18,477 nucleotides of DNA. Source: Candidatus Hydrogenedentota bacterium (lineage in GTDB: Bacteria; Hydrogenedentota; Hydrogenedentia; Hydrogenedentales; GCA-2746185). Positions 17,336-18,477 of the stretch are shown in pieces. The stretch is from positions 1 to 18,477 of the forward strand of contig JAYGCN010000266.1 in assembly GCA_046583315.1 (NCBI GenBank), given 5' to 3'. Made by a program: the position numbers and the translations under genes. Numbering within the stretch: position 1 is the first letter of the stretch; every line of letters begins with the position of its first letter. The notes beneath the pieces were generated by a model that had not been told where the DNA came from, made no database searches, and saw nothing but the letters and a program-made list of their open reading frames with translations.

Positions 17336-18109
17336 ATGCATAAGCGATTTAATGTTCTACTCAGTCTATCTATTTTGTCTATTTTATCGGGGTGTTCAGG
17401 GGGAAATGAAAAAGCTGCTAAGGAGCAGAGTACTGAATTTGATGATATCGAATTTGTATGGATTCCACCGGGTACTTTTCTCATGGGTAGCCCGAGGGAT
17501 GAGTCGGAGTGGTACAACGAAGAACAACAGCGTAGCGTAATGTTAACTAAGGGCTTTTGGATTGGAAAGTTCGAGATTACGCAAAAGCAGTGGGAATCCA
17601 TAACGGGAGAAAACCCGAGTTACTTTGTCGGTAAAAACAACCCCGTAGAAAGCATAAGTTGGGATGATATTAAACGCTATCTGACTAAATTGAATGCTCT
17701 GGGTGACGGTCAATATCGTCTCCCGACGGAGGCGGAGTGGGAATATGCTTGTCGGGCAGGCTCAACTAAGACATACGGTTTCGGTTCTGATGCATCGAAG
17801 CTAGAGGATTACGCTTGGACCTTTTGGAATAGTAATGAGACAACTCATCCTGTGGGCTCCAAAAAATCGAACGCGTGGGGCCTGCATGATATGCATGGAA
17901 ATGTAAGAGAGTGGTGTAGTGATTGGTACGCTCCCTATTCAGATGACAATGTTGTAGACCCGTTGGGCTCAGACTCTGGTCATGAGCGTGTAACTAGAGG
18001 TGGTTCATTTCTTTCGGGCAATGACGATTGCCGGTCAGCTCATCGACACTTGAACCCTACGAACTACTGGCACAACAGTCTTGGTTTTCGCGTCGTGCGA
18101 TACAACTAA
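17336..18109 (+). CDS. FGE-sulfatase (SUMF1/EgtB/PvdO) domain lipoprotein, probably non-catalytic
   Basis: Lipoprotein signal MHKRFNVLLSLSILSILSG-C, with lipobox LSGC. Domain motifs IPPGTFLMGS, FEITQKQW, PVESISWDD, YRLPTEAEWEYACRAG, NAWGLHDMHGNVREWC, RGGSF and LGFRV. Confidence 0.92.
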   Translation: MHKRFNVLLSLSILSILSGCSGGNEKAAKEQSTEFDDIEFVWIPPGTFLMGSPRDESEWYNEEQQRSVMLTKGFWIGKFEITQKQWESITGENPSYFVGKNNPVESISWDDIKRYLTKLNALGDGQYRLPTEAEWEYACRAGSTKTYGFGSDASKLEDYAWTFWNSNETTHPVGSKKSNAWGLHDMHGNVREWCSDWYAPYSDDNVVDPLGSDSGHERVTRGGSFLSGNDDCRSAHRHLNPTNYWHNSLGFRVVRYN

Positions 18110-18149
18110 TTGAGTGCGATCCTCTAACCAGCAATGTAACTCTCAGTTT

Positions 18150-18194
18150 ATTGATTCTATCCGGGGAGCGTCTTTCGCGATGAGAGACGCTCCC
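18150..18194 (+). repeat. 45-bp direct repeat, copy 2
   Basis: ATTGATTCTATCCGGGGAGCGTCTTTCGCGATGAGAGACGCTCCC, differing from copy 1 at positions 12 and 14 only. Confidence 0.95.
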
Positions 18195-18202
18195 TTTGTT
18201 TG
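18164..18202 (+). terminator. Rho-independent terminator downstream of the FGE lipoprotein
   Basis: 10-bp perfect stem (extendable to 13 with one G-U pair, loop GCGAT) followed by TTTGTTTG, about 55 bp after the stop codon. Confidence 0.7.
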
Positions 18203-18287
18203 TGAACACTGAAATCGAGGGTCATAGCAACGCGGCTCGGCACCGGCTCCTTAGTATTTTCCAGTTTGTCACCCAATCGTCATGTAA

Positions 18288-18316
18288 TTGACAGGGTTTC
18301 GCAATATATTTAGGTT
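18288..18316 (+). promoter_or_regulatory. Sigma70-type promoter for the last gene
   Basis: Perfect TTGACA (18288-18293), a 17-bp spacer and TAGGTT (18311-18316). Confidence 0.55.
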
Positions 18317-18379
18317 ATTATTCTAGTATTGTCTAGAAATGAAGATGCTTGTAAGCGTTTTTTAAACAGGAGTAAATCC

Positions 18380-18477
18380 ATGTCGTATCGCAACTTGTTA
18401 GTCTTAATCCCTGCACTTTCTTTCGTGTTATGCGTATCCGCCACGGCGGACATCAATCTCACCGGCGGTGCGGACAT
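18380..18477 (+). CDS. Secreted protein, N-terminus only (truncated by window edge)
   Basis: SD AGGAG at 18368-18372. MSYRNLLVLIPALSFVLCVSATA|DINLTGGAD reads as a Sec signal peptide with an A-x-A cleavage site, and the frame is open to the end of the window. Confidence 0.75.
   Translation, partial: MSYRNLLVLIPALSFVLCVSATADINLTGGAD

Noticed and set aside
16976..18194. CRISPR array
   Set aside because: Only two repeat copies, 1174 bp apart with a gene between them, and no cas genes.

Overview
Bacterial chromosomal window, fairly GC-rich by eye. Bases 1 to about 16100 are mostly housekeeping: the 3' end of an HDOD-domain gene, a small acidic ORF, an ABC-F ATPase and ATP-dependent PEP carboxykinase (pckA). 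A minus-strand operon follows, gatC-gatA-gatB-rsfS plus an atypical stand-alone Ser/Thr kinase. Divergent from it is an ATGA-coupled operon of a LOG-family protein, a KdkA-like kinase and a second LPS-type kinase. Next come a stand-alone PurH N-terminal (IMP cyclohydrolase/MGS-like) domain with purD and a GT-C glycosyltransferase, then an MFS transporter. From about 16150 the window becomes a plasticity region. An Eis-like GNAT pseudogene (Tyr-to-TAG in the FYxRLGF motif) is spliced, apparently by deletion, onto the tail of a peptidase-S74/intramolecular-chaperone gene. An AT-richer unit follows, with a 1174-bp period, bounded by a 45-bp direct repeat (43/45 identical) containing a strong hairpin. 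It carries its own promoter, a structured leader and a non-catalytic FGE/SUMF1-type lipoprotein. The window ends in the start of a secreted protein. The best leads are the repeat-bounded lipoprotein unit, the GNAT::S74 scar, the variant half-PurH and the atypical kinase in the translation operon. No integrase, transposase, reverse transcriptase, CRISPR array, tRNA or rRNA is visible. All family calls come from motif recognition by eye, not from database searches.
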